Shown here: positions 1-11,134 of the stretch, one piece after another
Numbering within the stretch: position 1 is the first letter of the stretch
How the letters are laid out: each line of letters begins with the position of its first letter
Origin: Mustelus asterias
Taxonomy: Eukaryota
DNA: 64,000 bases
Direction of reading: 5' to 3'
NCBI RefSeq assembly: GCF_964213995.1
Contig: NC_135826.1
Location: 9,114,001-9,178,000, forward strand
Translations under genes and position numbers: made by a program
The notes under the pieces: model-generated
Told to the model about the DNA's origin: nothing
The model's database searches: none
Seen by the model: the letters and a program-made list of their open reading frames with translations, nothing else

Positions 1-145
1 GCCAAAATTCAAAGTGCAAAATCTATGATCTAGACTTCATAAAACACCTTGGAGTTTCTGACTTGAATCATAAAAACATTCACATTTCTGTCATCGATCT
101 ACTACAATGTTCCAGTGAAGCCCAACAGGGGATGCAACAGTCTTG

Positions 146-452
146 GGGTATTATCGCTAGACTATTAATCCAGAAACTCAGTTAATGTTCTGGGGTCCCG
201 GTTCTGCCACGATAGATGGTGGAATTTGAATTCAATTTTTAAAATTCTGGAATTAAGAATCTACTGATGAGCGTGACACCATTGTCGATTGTTGGAAAAA
301 CCCATCTGGTTCATTAATGTACTTTCGGGATGGAAATCTGCCATCCTTACCCGGTCTGGCCTACATGTGACTCCAGAGCCACAGCAATGTTACTGATTCT
401 CAACTGCCCTCCAAGGGTAACTAGGGATGGGCAATAAATGCTGGCCAGCCAG
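146..452 (+). mobile_element. tRNA-derived SINE (SacSINE1/DeuSINE-like)
   Basis: Near-identical to the copy at 61567-61910: box-B-like head, AAAAACCCATCTGGTTCA core, GGGATGGGCAATAAATGCTGG tail. Family name from recall. Confidence 0.7.
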
Positions 453-555
453 TTCCATAGAAGTCATATTGGGCTTGAAACAGTAACTCTGTTTCTCTTT
501 CCACAGATGCTGCTAAACCTGCTGGGTTCTTCCAGCACGTGGTGTTTTCATTTTA
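451..555 (+). repeat. Penelope-like 3' terminal repeat remnant
   Basis: TTCTCTTTCCACAGATGCTGC..ACCTGCTG..TTCCAGCA motif, also seen near 11890-11950 (+), 14960-15010 (-) and 42075-42110 (-). Confidence 0.45.
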
Positions 556-574
556 GTACACATGTCACAATCCA

Positions 575-752
575 TTGGAGGGGGAGGGCAGAGGGGGGAG
601 GGGAGGGATGGGGGGGGGGGGAGTGAGGGAGGAGGGAGGAGGGGATTTGGGGAGAGGGGGAGGAGGGAGTGGAGGGGAACGGAGGGGGGGGCGGAGGGGG
701 TGGAGTGGGGGGGGGGCAGGAGAGGGGGGTGCGGAGAGGGGGAGGAGGGGGG
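575..752 (+). repeat. G-rich purine low-complexity tract
   Basis: Almost only G/A with many GGG runs; merges into the 5' edge of a Tx1 fragment. Confidence 0.85.
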
Positions 753-1104
753 TAGAGGACTTCCTTGTGAACCTGCTCCTGGGCCTGTCCAAACTTGCAT
801 TAATAGGTCCAGGCAGCAGGCAACTGAGGGAGTCATCCGACCTGACTGTCTGCCCCTCTACATTTGCGGCTGGGTTCCCCAGGAGAAGAAGTAAGTGGCG
901 TCTGAAGGCACTGTTGTGGCCTTCCATGCCCGCTGGGCACCACAGAGACTGGGGTGCATTATTGACCCCTTTAGTTACATTTTGATTTGATGCTTTGAGT
1001 TTCCTTTCCACTTTGTCCTTTGTTTCGGGTGGTTCCCCTCCGTTTGGGATTTGCCCCTTTTAATTTGTCCCTCAGTTAATTTGATTTTGTTTAATTGGTT
1101 TGTC
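729..1104 (+). mobile_element. Tx1-clade LINE 3' fragment
   Basis: Encodes DFLVNLLLGLSKLA..NRSRQ..RPDCLPLY, matching the other Tx1 copies, followed by a T-rich 3' UTR. Confidence 0.8.
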
Positions 1105-1124
1105 AAAAAAATTGACTCTCAACA

Positions 1125-1443
1125 GGTCCAGGCAGCGGGCGGTCGACGGGGTCGTCCGTCCTGACTATCTGCCCCTCTACCGTGGCTACGTTCGCGGCCA
1201 GGTATCCCTGGAGAGGGAGCATGCGGTGTCCACGGGCGCAGTTGACACCTTCCGCGCCCGTTGGGCACCGCAGGGGCTGGGGTGCATTATAGACCCCGAT
1301 AATCACATTTTGATTTGATGTTTTAAGATTCCTTTGCACTTTGTTTCTGATTGGGTTGTTCCCCCTCTTTTTGGGGAGCTGCCCCGTTTACTTTGTCCCT
1401 GAGTTCAATTGAGTTGCTTTATTTGGTTTGCCCTAAAAGAATA
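1125..1443 (+). mobile_element. Tx1-clade LINE 3' fragment with 20-bp TSD
   Basis: ORF end [29 protein letters not shown]; AAAAAAATTGACTCTCAACA duplicated at 1105-1124 and 1444-1463. Confidence 0.85.
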
Positions 1444-1512
1444 AAAAAAATTGACTCTCAACATTGGTCGATGACAGTAGGTTTGTTCTTTTTCTATTGT
1501 CTCTGGGTTTCT

Positions 1513-1590
1513 ATTGGTTAGTATAAAAACAACTACCACCACCTGATCAGTATATAAATGTATTGCACAAGCTGCTACAAGAGAGGAGGT
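1513..1590 (+). promoter_or_regulatory. Candidate promoter and non-coding exon 1 of perilipin A
   Basis: ATTGG 1513, TATAAAA 1522, TATATAAA 1551, donor G|GTGAGT at 1589; same layout upstream of copy C. Confidence 0.55.
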
Positions 1591-1796
1591 GAGTAAAGAG
1601 TGGGCTGGTAAAGTAGTGTGAGTTAATGAGATGGGTTTTAATTTTTGCTAGACAAATGAGAAGCTTGTAGGTTGTTTTTAATAGAACCATGTTTTGGTTG
1701 TCTGTGACTTGTAGGTTTTTTAAAGTTACAAATTGGTGTGAAGGCAGACATGAAGTTACATATTTTTGTTTGTAGATCTGTTCCTTCTATAAGAAT

Positions 1797-2065
1797 CAGT
1801 ATCATAGAATCCCTACAGTGCAGAAGGAAGCCATTTGGCCCATTGAGCCTGTGCTGACAACAATCCCACCCAGGTCCTATGTATTTACCCTGCTAAACCC
1901 TGACTTGAACAATTTAGCATATGGCCAATCAACCTAAGCTGCACACCTTTGGGCTGAGAAGAAGCTGGAGCAAACCCATGCAGACATGTGGAGACACTCA
2001 CCCAAGGCTGGAATTGAACTTGGGTCCCTGGTGCTGTGAGGCAGCAGTGCTAAGCATTACTGCAT
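1797..2065 (-). mobile_element. HE1/V-SINE-like tRNA SINE (CR1-type tail)
   Basis: Reverse complement of the AGCACTGCTGCCTCACAGC..GGGACCC head and CTGCACTGTAGGGATTCTATG tail. Confidence 0.75.
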
Positions 2066-2131
2066 GATTTTTATTCCCTTTTAAAATGGTGACCCCTTTT
2101 TAACCTCCTCTGCAGATATCATTGGCTCAGC

Positions 2132-5100
2132 ATGGCATCCACAACAGAAGAACAGCTTTCCAAAGTTGCAGAAAGCCAAGAAAGTGGTAACCAGGTAGTT
2201 ACTGCTAGGGGTATGATGGAATGAAATGTTAACATATTTTAAATGTACTTTAGTTGCTTGGATAGGAAAGAGCCAAGTTTTAGTAACATGTCTGTCTTGG
2301 CTAAATAACCAAGCAATCAGCTGTGCAGTGAGTTGGGTCTAACATTTTAATTCTATTGAGTTAACTGCCATGAAGTCTCCTGAAGAAAATAGAATTGTTA
2401 GCAATTAAGGCATTTGGTTCAATTAAATTTCTTAAATATACAATTAAATGTTTTAGCTGTTTGACTTGGAGTACTGAATAATGCCTAAAATTATGGCAGT
2501 TTCCCTGATTCATCCAAATTCCCAAAGAGTGTAATTTAATTTCACTCTAATTAAAACTTTCAAACTCTTGAAGCTGCTAATCTAATATAATGCCCTTATT
2601 TCAAATCAAACCCTGGAGTGAAGACCACTGCATATGTTGGGGTCAAAAATGGTCTCCAGAATTTGGCTAGAATTTTTAAAGGTGCAATATACTTATAGAT
2701 CTGCATGTTACATAACTTGTAATCATCAGATTGAGCTGCCACATCCCAATGTGTTACAGGCCCTTGTTGAAACTGGGAATCTAGTGACCCTGAGTGATGT
2801 ACAAGGTCAACTGGAACAAACTAAAGCTGTTGTGGTTGAGGATGCCAGTATTGTGTGTCGACTTGTGGCGACTGGTGTGGATATTTCTCTCATCAAACCT
2901 GAGGAACTAGTTGATCACTACCTTCCTGTGACCAAGGAAGAACTAGGTATCTAAACTTTGTACTGTCATCTTTTATAAATCAATTTTTAATCATTGCTGA
3001 TCTTCAACCTGAAGACTTGACTTCCTTTCTATTTCAGCTTTGGCTAAAGTGGCCACTCCTATTGATGGTTCTGATACAGCAACAGTAGTGGAACAGAATT
3101 ATGTACGTTTGGGATCTTTATCCTCTAAGGTTCGCAATCGTGCATATGAGTATTCTGTAGCCAAAATACAGAGAGCCAAGGAGATTGGCCAGGAAACACT
3201 CTCTCATCTCCAAAACCTTGTAGATCTGGTAAGACAAGTCTTGATTGTAGATGCCACATTAACTGTGCTTGAGAAACTGCATCTAGTAAAATTCCTGTTT
3301 ATAGTGGCAGGCAAACTCATTAGGAAAGTTGTGCTAATTGAGTCTTGCATGGACTAATTGGGCTGATTTAACCATTCTGTGAAATATGGTTGCAACAGTT
3401 TTTACTTGTTTCCTTCCCCATTACCTGATAAATCTCTTTGCATGCTATGCCTTGATATCCTTTTCCTCTGCATCTGAGATTCATGCTTGATTCTTCAATT
3501 CTCAGTGGTCTCTGTATGAGGATGCTTCTGTTAAGTTAACCCAACAATTTTTGGGATTCTTCAATAACATAACTTGTCATTGTATTTCCAGATTGAAATA
3601 ACCAAGAAAGAGGCTGAATCAGCAAACAAACTACAAGATATTCAAGTCAAACTAAATCGGGTCCTACTCGACTGGAAAAAACACCAGCCAAGTGATCAAG
3701 CTCAAGAGGAACTGTCTGAAAAACCTGAAGTAAGAACTTGATATCCAATAATAGTCTCACACTTCTAACCAAGAGACATGAAAGGGCAGCCATTCTGGTG
3801 AAGGTTTTCTCCTGACTGTCTTCCCCTCTACCGTGGCTACGTTCGCGGCCAGGTGTCCCTGGAGAGGGAGCATGCGGTGTCCACGGGCGAGGTTGACGCT
3901 TTCCGTGCCCGCTGGGCACCACGGGTTGGGGTGCATTATTGACCCTAATAATCACATTTTAATTTGATGTTTTTAAGTTTCCTTTGTACTTTGATTTCTG
4001 TTCGGGCTGTTCCCCCTCCTTTTTGGGGAGCTGCCCCTTTTACTTTGTTCTGATTTAATCTGAGTTTGTTTACTTGGTTTGGTTTGACCTGAAAAGAGGA
4101 CAGCAATTATAAGCAGGCCATTCTTCCCTAATGAAGTTGGTTACTTAGTACTAGCCCTGCCACTAATAAAACAGTGCAGCAAAATCTTATCCTTCCAAAA
4201 GGTCAACCTTGGATGGGGTTGGTTTCCTTCAGTGGAACTAATTTTAAGGTGTCAATACCTTGGGCCTTTAACTCCAAGAAGAGTCGGCTGTTAATGCAAC
4301 ATTTTGTCCTTCAGTCAATACTAAAAACACTAGGGGCTATTCCATTTGCCCAGAACTTGCTTTCAACAAAACATCCATCCAAGATGTATCTTGAGCATTA
4401 GTGATGTGAAGGTGTATGTGCAAAATTGGTGGGAGAATATATGATGGAAGCTTTTGAGGATGAGGTTCAAACTAGGAAGGAATGGATCAGTTGGATTTGG
4501 TGCCAGTTTTGGAATGGCGTGACATCAAATTTTTGGAAGGCTGGTCAGGAAACTGAAAATAATAGGGATTACAGGGAGATGGGTCTTGGTGACATGGGGA
4601 CTTTCAGAAGTTCATCTTCGTTAAATGACAAAAGTTGCAAACTGTCTGGATGTTAGCTGGTGTCTCCTTTGAAGGGGCAGAGGACTTATCATTTCCTCAT
4701 GACTCACCCCAAGTTTCCAAAGTAACAGCTACTAAAAGGGTTATAGGCTTGAAACTAAATTTCATTTTTAATATTGCAGCAACTTGAAACCCAGTCACTG
4801 GCTGTGACTCAGAATTTCTCTGATCAACTCCAAACCATCTGCCGAACACTGGCTTCAAATGTTCGTGGTTTGCCTCAGAATATTGAGGATCAAGTGCAGC
4901 ATGTGTGTAAACTGGCAGAAGAGATCTACAGCACTCTTTCGTCCGCCACCTCTTTCCAAGATCTCTCCACACAATTCCTGACCCAGAGTAAAGAGCAAAT
5001 GCTGAAGATCCATGAGGGACTGGAAGGGGTGATGGATTACCTGCTTCATGCCACACCTCTTAACTGGCTGGTGGAACCCTTCATCCCCCAGGTCACTGAA

Positions 5101-5181
5101 GAACCGAAGCATCTGGGTTCATCAATGAAGCAATCTGCGGTTGTGCCCCAAAAGAGGGAGGAAAAGGAGATTATTTCATAA
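2132..5181 (+). CDS. Perilipin-family paralog A (perilipin-2/3-like) lacking the PAT-domain exons, ~326 aa
   Basis: GT-AG exons 2132-2194, 2760-2946, 3038-3228, 3592-3729, 4780-5181 with compatible phases and no stops. Motifs [31 protein letters not shown] at 5306. Confidence 0.8.
3811..4097 (+). mobile_element. Tx1-clade LINE 3' fragment in last intron of copy A
   Basis: Matches 1160-1440 (CTCTACCGTGGCTACGTTCGCGGCCAGG..CACATTTT). Confidence 0.8.
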
Positions 5182-5822
5182 CTTCAGATTATTTATTGAA
5201 TGCATGATTATAGCTGTGGAATACATTAACTGCCTTGAATAAGAACCATGCTGAAAATTTCTTACTGATAAATTCTACTGTCTCTTGTATATACTTTCTA
5301 GTCATAATAAACAAATGCATACAAATTCCATTAGTCTGCCATTCTAATTTGTGAACAGGAATCTCCAAATTGACAAACCTTGGATATTGACCCTATTCCT
5401 GGTCATGTGCTGCAAGTAACCAACTTGCCTTGCTTTGTTCCATCTCTGCCCTTGTTCAGCAACAGGTAATCCTGGTCCTTTAACAGTGATCTCCAGCACA
5501 AGATACTTAGCCAACTAGCTCCTGTGTTTTAAGTTCATTCGATCAGAACTAATCCTTGCCTGGAAACATTGGTCCCATTTGGGGTATTAAACAAGCTGAG
5601 GCCTAATGCCCTCTATCCCACTCCAGCCAGCTGTTCATTCTCAATTTCCTAGTATAATGCTCCTTTTAATCTGATAATTGTCCTATCATATCTACCTTGG
5701 ATCCACTTATCCCATTGTGCCTGTGCTGGCTTTTTGAGCAATTGTGCTCTTTCAATAAGTTCCTCCTTGTCCAATTCCCTCTTAAAATTAATGGAATCTG
5801 TTTTCCATCAAGCCTTTGGGTA

Positions 5823-6699
5823 GCTTTTTCGGGTACCAACGTAATAAACGAACTCAAATTAACTTAGGGACAAAGTAAAAGGGGTGGCTCCCCAAAAGGA
5901 AGGGGAGAACAGCCCGAATCAAAGTCGAAAGGAAACTTAAAACGTCAAACCAAAAGGTGATTATCAGGGTTGATAATACACCCCAGCCCCTGCGGTGCCC
6001 AGCGGTCGCGGAAGGTGTCAACTGCGCTGGTGGACACCACATGCTCCCTCTCCAGAGACATGTAGCCGCGGTAGAGGGGCAGACAGTCGGGATGGATGGC
6101 CCCGTCAATCACCCGCTGCCTGGACCTATTGATGGCGCGTCTCGCCAGGAGCAGGTTCACGAGGAGGTCAGCAAACTGACCCGCCCCTCTCCGCACCAGG
6201 TGCCTGTAGATCAGGAGCGTGAGACTGAAGTGCAAACAAAACATCAGTAAGAGGTGTTTCAGGAAACCAAAAAGGGTGTGCAGCCTAAAACACAGAACGT
6301 AGACATGGTCCACGGACTCCACAAGGCCACAGAAAGGGCAGTCTTGGGAGCCCGTGAACCGGAAAAAACTACGGTTGTACGGCACTGCTGCGTGCAGCAC
6401 CCTCCACCCCAGGTCCCCAAGATAATTGGGGGCGATCCCTCCATAGAGGGACCTCCGCCACCCGGCGGCAACAAGGCCCGCCAAGGTGTAGCCGGGCGAC
6501 AGGCGAGGACACGGTAGTGAAAGGAGTGCAGCAGCAGCAGCCCGTACAGGAAATGCCTCCGCGCGGTAGAAAAAGGCATGGAGGACATTTCCGCGAGGTG
6601 GCACATGCAGTGGGGCACCTGACCCGGTGGGGGGGGGGGAGGAGGTCTAGGCTTTGGGCCAATGTGCAATTCCGTCCGAGCAGGGGAACGCTCGGGCGG
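5823..6699 (-). mobile_element. Tx1-clade LINE, 5'-truncated, with CCHC C-terminus and TSD
   Basis: ORF 5945-6604: DLGWRVLH..CPFCG..ESVDHVYVLC. GCCTTTGGGTA at 5812-5822 and 6700-6710. Confidence 0.88.
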
Positions 6700-7125
6700 G
6701 CCTTTGGGTACAGCATCTAAATCCTCACAGCTCTGAAAATAAGATTCTCCTCATTCATTCCAATCATCGACGAAGGTGTTAAAGTTCTAACCTGACTGAC
6801 TCATTTGCCACAGGGAATATAATACCTAACCCTTCTAATTCAACCCTCATTTTCTTAAGTCTCATCCCCAGTAAACTTTCCCTTAAGTCGTTACATCTTT
6901 TCTGATGTGTGTTGCATAGAATTGCCCATAATCCTCCATGTGACACCCAACCACTATTCTCACATTTCTACTTTTATAATTCTATCCCTCTTGCTGTGTA
7001 ATCCTTGCCAATTGGCTTCCTTTCTGCACCTTATCGATTGTATAGAACATAGAACATAGAACAGTACAGCACAGAACAGGCCCTTCGGCCCACGATGTTG
7101 TGCCGAGCTTTATCTGAAACCAAGA

Positions 7126-8642
7126 TCAAGCTATCCCACTCCCTATCATCCTGGTGTGCTCCATGTGCCTATCCAATAACCGCTTAAATGTTTCTAAAGT
7201 GTCTGACTCCACTATCACTGCAGGCAGTCCATTCCACACCCCAACCACTCTCTGCGTAAAGAACCTACCTCTGATATCCGTCCTGTATCTCCCACCACGA
7301 ACCCTATAGTTATGCCCCCTTGTAATAGCTCCATCCACCCGAGGAAATAGTCTTTGAACGTTCACTCTATCTATCCCCTTCATCATTTTATACACCTCTA
7401 TTAAGTCTCCCCTCAGCCTCCTCCGCTCCAGAGAGAATAGCCCTAGCTCCCTCAACCTTTCCTCATATGACCTACCCTCCAAACCAGGCAGCATCCTGGT
7501 AAATCTCCTCTGCACTCCTTCCAGCGCTTCCACATCCTTCTTATAGTGAGGTGACCAGAACTGCACACAATATTCCAAATGTGGTCTCACCAAGGTCCTG
7601 TACAGTTGCAGCATAACCCCACGGCTCTTAAACTCCAACCCCCTGTTAATAAAAGCTAACACACTACAGGCCTTCTTCACAGCTCTATCCACTTGAGTGG
7701 CAACCTTTAGAGATCTGTGGATATGGACCCCAAGATCTCTCTGTTCCTCCACAGTCTTCAGAACCCTACCTTTGACCCTGTAATCCACATTTAAATTAGT
7801 CCTACCAAAATGAATCACCTCACATTTATCAGGGTTAAACTCCATTTGCCATTTTTCAGCCCAGCTTTGCATCCTATCTATGTCTCTTTGCAGCCTACAA
7901 CAGCCCTCCACTTCATCCACTACTACACCAATCTTGGTGTCATCAGCAAATTTACTGATCCACCCTTCAGCCCCCTCCTCTAAGTCATTAATAAAAATCA
8001 CAAAGAGCAGAGGACCAAGCACTGATCCCTGCGGCACACCGCTAGCAACCTGCCTCCAATCCGAAAATTTTCCATCGACCACCACCCTCTGTCTTCGGTC
8101 AGACAGCCAGTTGCCTATCCAATCGGCCAACTTTCCCTCTATCCCACACCTCCTCACTTTCATCATAAGCCGACCATGGGGGACCTTATCAAACGCCTTA
8201 CTAAAATCCATGTATATGACATCAACTGCCCTACCTTCATCAACACACTTAGTTACCTCCTCAAAAAATTCTATCAAATTTGTGAGGCACGACTTGCCCT
8301 TCACGAATCCGTGCTGACTATCTCGGATTAATCCGCATCTATCTAAATGGTCGTAAATCCCATCCCTAAGGACCCTTTCCATCAATTTACCAACCACCGA
8401 AGTAAGACTAACCGGTCTATAATTACAAGGGTCATTTCTATTCCCTTTCTTAAACAGAGGAACAACATTCGCCATTCTCCAGTCCTCTGGCACCATCCCC
8501 GTGGACAGCGAGGACCCAAAGATCAACGCCAAAGGCTCTGCAATCTCATCCCTTGCCTCCCAAAGAATCCTAGGATACATTTCATCAGGCCCAGGGGACT
8601 TATCGACCTTCAGTTTATTCAAAACTGCCAAGACATCCTCCC
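7126..8642 (-). CDS. CR1 ORF2, reverse transcriptase half
   Basis: KSPGPD, NYRPVSLTS, DFSKAFDKV, GVPQGSVLGP, FADD, RPHLEYC; uninterrupted ~500 aa. Confidence 0.92.
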
Positions 8643-8806
8643 AGTATACAGCGGGCAGCGTCGGGAGCGGGCAGTGTAGTGTGTGGGAAGCAGAGTGTGA
8701 GCTATAAGACTTTGGCTCACAGGGCTTAGGCAGAAAGGGCGAGTAGGGGTGAGTTTGAATTCATTTTTGCACTTTCTACCTGGTACTGGCAAGGTATCTA
8801 GAGGGG

Positions 8807-9733
8807 ATGGGTGTGCAGGCAGTGCAATGTTCCTCTTGCACTATGTTTGAGGTGAGGGACGACGACAGTGTCCCTACTGATTACACCTGTGGGAAGTGCA
8901 CCCATCTGCAGCTCCTCCAAAACCGTGTTAGGGAACTGGAGCTGGAGTTGGATGAACTTAGGATCATCAGGGACGCAGAGATGGCCATAGACACAAGCTT
9001 TAGGAATACAGTTACTCCGGGGATTGAAAACAGATGGGTGACGGTGAGAGGGGCTGGGAGGAAGCAGTCCGTGCAGGGATCCCCGGTGGTCGTTCCCCTT
9101 AGCAACAAGTATTCCGCTTTGGATACGGTTGAGGGGGATGACATACCAGTGGGGAGCCGCAGTGAGAGGATCTCCAGCACTGTGTCCGTCTCTGTGGCTC
9201 GGGAGGGAAAGGGGGAGAGCGGGAGGGCGATAGTTATTGGGGACTCGTTAGTTAGAGGGATAGATAGGAGGTTCTGTGGCAGCAAAAGAGACTCACGGAT
9301 GGTATGTTGCCTACCGGATGCCAAGGTCCGTGATGTCTCAGACCGTGTTTTCCAGATTCTGAAGGGGGAGGGGAAACAGTCACAAGTCGTGGTGCACATT
9401 GGTACCAATGACATAGGTAAGAGAAGGGACGGGGATTTAAAGCAGGAATTTCTGGAGCTGGGCTGGAAGCTGAGAGCCAAGACGAAACATGTGGTCATCT
9501 CTGGTACGTTGCCGGTACCACGTGATAGCGAGTTGAGGAACAGGGAGAGAGTGCAGTTAAATATGTGGTTGCAGGGATGGTGTAGGAGGGAGGGTTTCAG
9601 ATACGTGGATAATTGGAACACGTTCTGGGGAAGGTGGGACCTGTACAAACAGGACGGGGTGCACCTGAACCAGAGGGGCACCAATATCCTCGGAGGGAAA
9701 TTTGTTACGGCTCTTCAGGGGGGTTTAAACTAA
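8807..9733 (+). CDS. CR1 ORF1 (CxxC zinc finger, coiled coil, SGNH esterase)
   Basis: CSSC..CGKC, leucine heptads, IGDSLVR, HIGTND, DGVHLN; 308 aa intact. Confidence 0.88.
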   Translation: MGVQAVQCSSCTMFEVRDDDSVPTDYTCGKCTHLQLLQNRVRELELELDELRIIRDAEMAIDTSFRNTVTPGIENRWVTVRGAGRKQSVQGSPVVVPLSNKYSALDTVEGDDIPVGSRSERISSTVSVSVAREGKGESGRAIVIGDSLVRGIDRRFCGSKRDSRMVCCLPDAKVRDVSDRVFQILKGEGKQSQVVVHIGTNDIGKRRDGDLKQEFLELGWKLRAKTKHVVISGTLPVPRDSELRNRERVQLNMWLQGWCRREGFRYVDNWNTFWGRWDLYKQDGVHLNQRGTNILGGKFVTALQGGLN

Positions 9734-11134
9734 TTTGTCAGGGGAGTGGGAAAGGGAGTTGTAGTCCAGAAGTCAGTGAGGGTGGTGAGGTATTGGGGAA
9801 GGTATCAGGGTCAAGGGTGGGTACTGGTAGACAGGAAGGTGGGTTGAAGTGTGTCTACTTCAATGCAAGGAGCATCCGGAACAAGGAAGATGAACTTGGG
9901 GCGTGGATTGGTACTTGGGACTACGATGTTGTGGCCATTACGGAGACGTGGGTAGAACAAGGACAGGAATGGTTGTTGGACGTTCCGGGGTATAGATGTT
10001 TCACTAAGTGTAGGGAAGCTGGTAAAAGAGGTGGAGGAGTGGCATTGTTAATCAAGGATAGTTTAACGGCTGCGGAAAGGCACTTCGTGGGGGATCTGCA
10101 CACTGAGGTAATATGGGCTGAAGTTAGAAATAGGAAAGGAGCGGTCACGTTGCTAGGAGTTTACTATAGGCCCCCAAATAGTAATAGAGATGTGGAGGAA
10201 GAAATTGCTAAGCAGATTATGGATATGTGTGGGGGTCACAGGGTAGTTGTCATGGGGGACTTTAACTTTCCAAATATTGATTGGAACCTTTGTAGGTCAA
10301 ATAGTTTGGATGGGGCAGTTTTTGTGCAGTGTGTGCGGGAGGGTTTCCTGACACAATATGTGGATGGGCCGACTAGAGGTGAGGCCACATTGGATTTGGT
10401 ACTGGGAAATGAACCGGGCCAAGTGTTAGATTTGGTTGTGGGAGAGCAATTTGGAGATAGTGACCACAATTCGGTGTCTTTTGTTATTGCAATGGAGAGG
10501 GATAGGGCTGTACGGCAGGGCAAGGTTTACAATTGGGGGAGAGGTAATTATGATGCGATTAGGCAAGAATTAGGGGGCATAAGTTGGGAACAGAAACTGT
10601 CAGAGAAAGGAACTAATGAAAAGTGGAATTTTTTCAAGGAACAAATACTGGATGTCCTTGATAGGTATGTTCCTGTCAGGCAGGGAGGAAATGGCCGAGT
10701 GAGGGAACCATGGTTCACAAAAGAGGTGGAATGTCTTGTGAAAAGGAAGAGGGAAGCTCATGTCGGGATGAGGAAACAAGGTTCAGATGGCTCGATTGAG
10801 GGTTACAAGTTAGCAAGGAATGAGCTGAAAAAGGGGCTTAGGAGAGCTAGGAGGGGACATGAGAAGTCCTTGGCGGGTCGGATCAAGGAAAACCCCAAGG
10901 CTTTTTACTCTTATGTGAGGAATAAAAGAATGACCAGGGTGAGGTTAGGGCCGGTCAAGGACAGTAGTGGGAACTTGTGTATGGAGTCAGTAGAGATAGG
11001 CGAGGTGATGAATGAATACTTTTCTTCAGTGTTCACCAAGGAGAGGGGCCATGTTTTTGAGGAAGAGAAGGTGTTACAGGCTAATAGGCTGGAGGAAATA
11101 GATGTTCGGAGGGAGGATGTCTTGGCAGTTTTGA
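9720..11134 (+). CDS. CR1 ORF2, APE endonuclease half
   Basis: YFNARS, ITETW, YYRPP, GDFNFP, LDLVL, SDHN; ends EDVLAVL, where the RT half begins. Confidence 0.9.

Larger units (their letters stand above)
7040..11134. mobile_element. Full-length CR1 LINE with 5' portion inverted
   Basis: RT and (TTCTATG)n tail on - strand (7040-8642); 5'UTR, ORF1 and endonuclease on + strand (8643-11134); 24-nt overlap at the breakpoint. Confidence 0.93.

Noticed and set aside
513-1011. Pro-rich and Gly-rich ORFs
   Set aside because: Products of the G-rich low-complexity tract.
2634-2759. AC-x9-LP spacing resembling the missing second PAT exon, in frame with the next exon
   Set aside because: Little nucleotide similarity and it would require intron loss; probably chance.
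7880-9684. Long antisense ORFs over CR1
   Set aside because: Shadow frames of intact retroelement ORFs.
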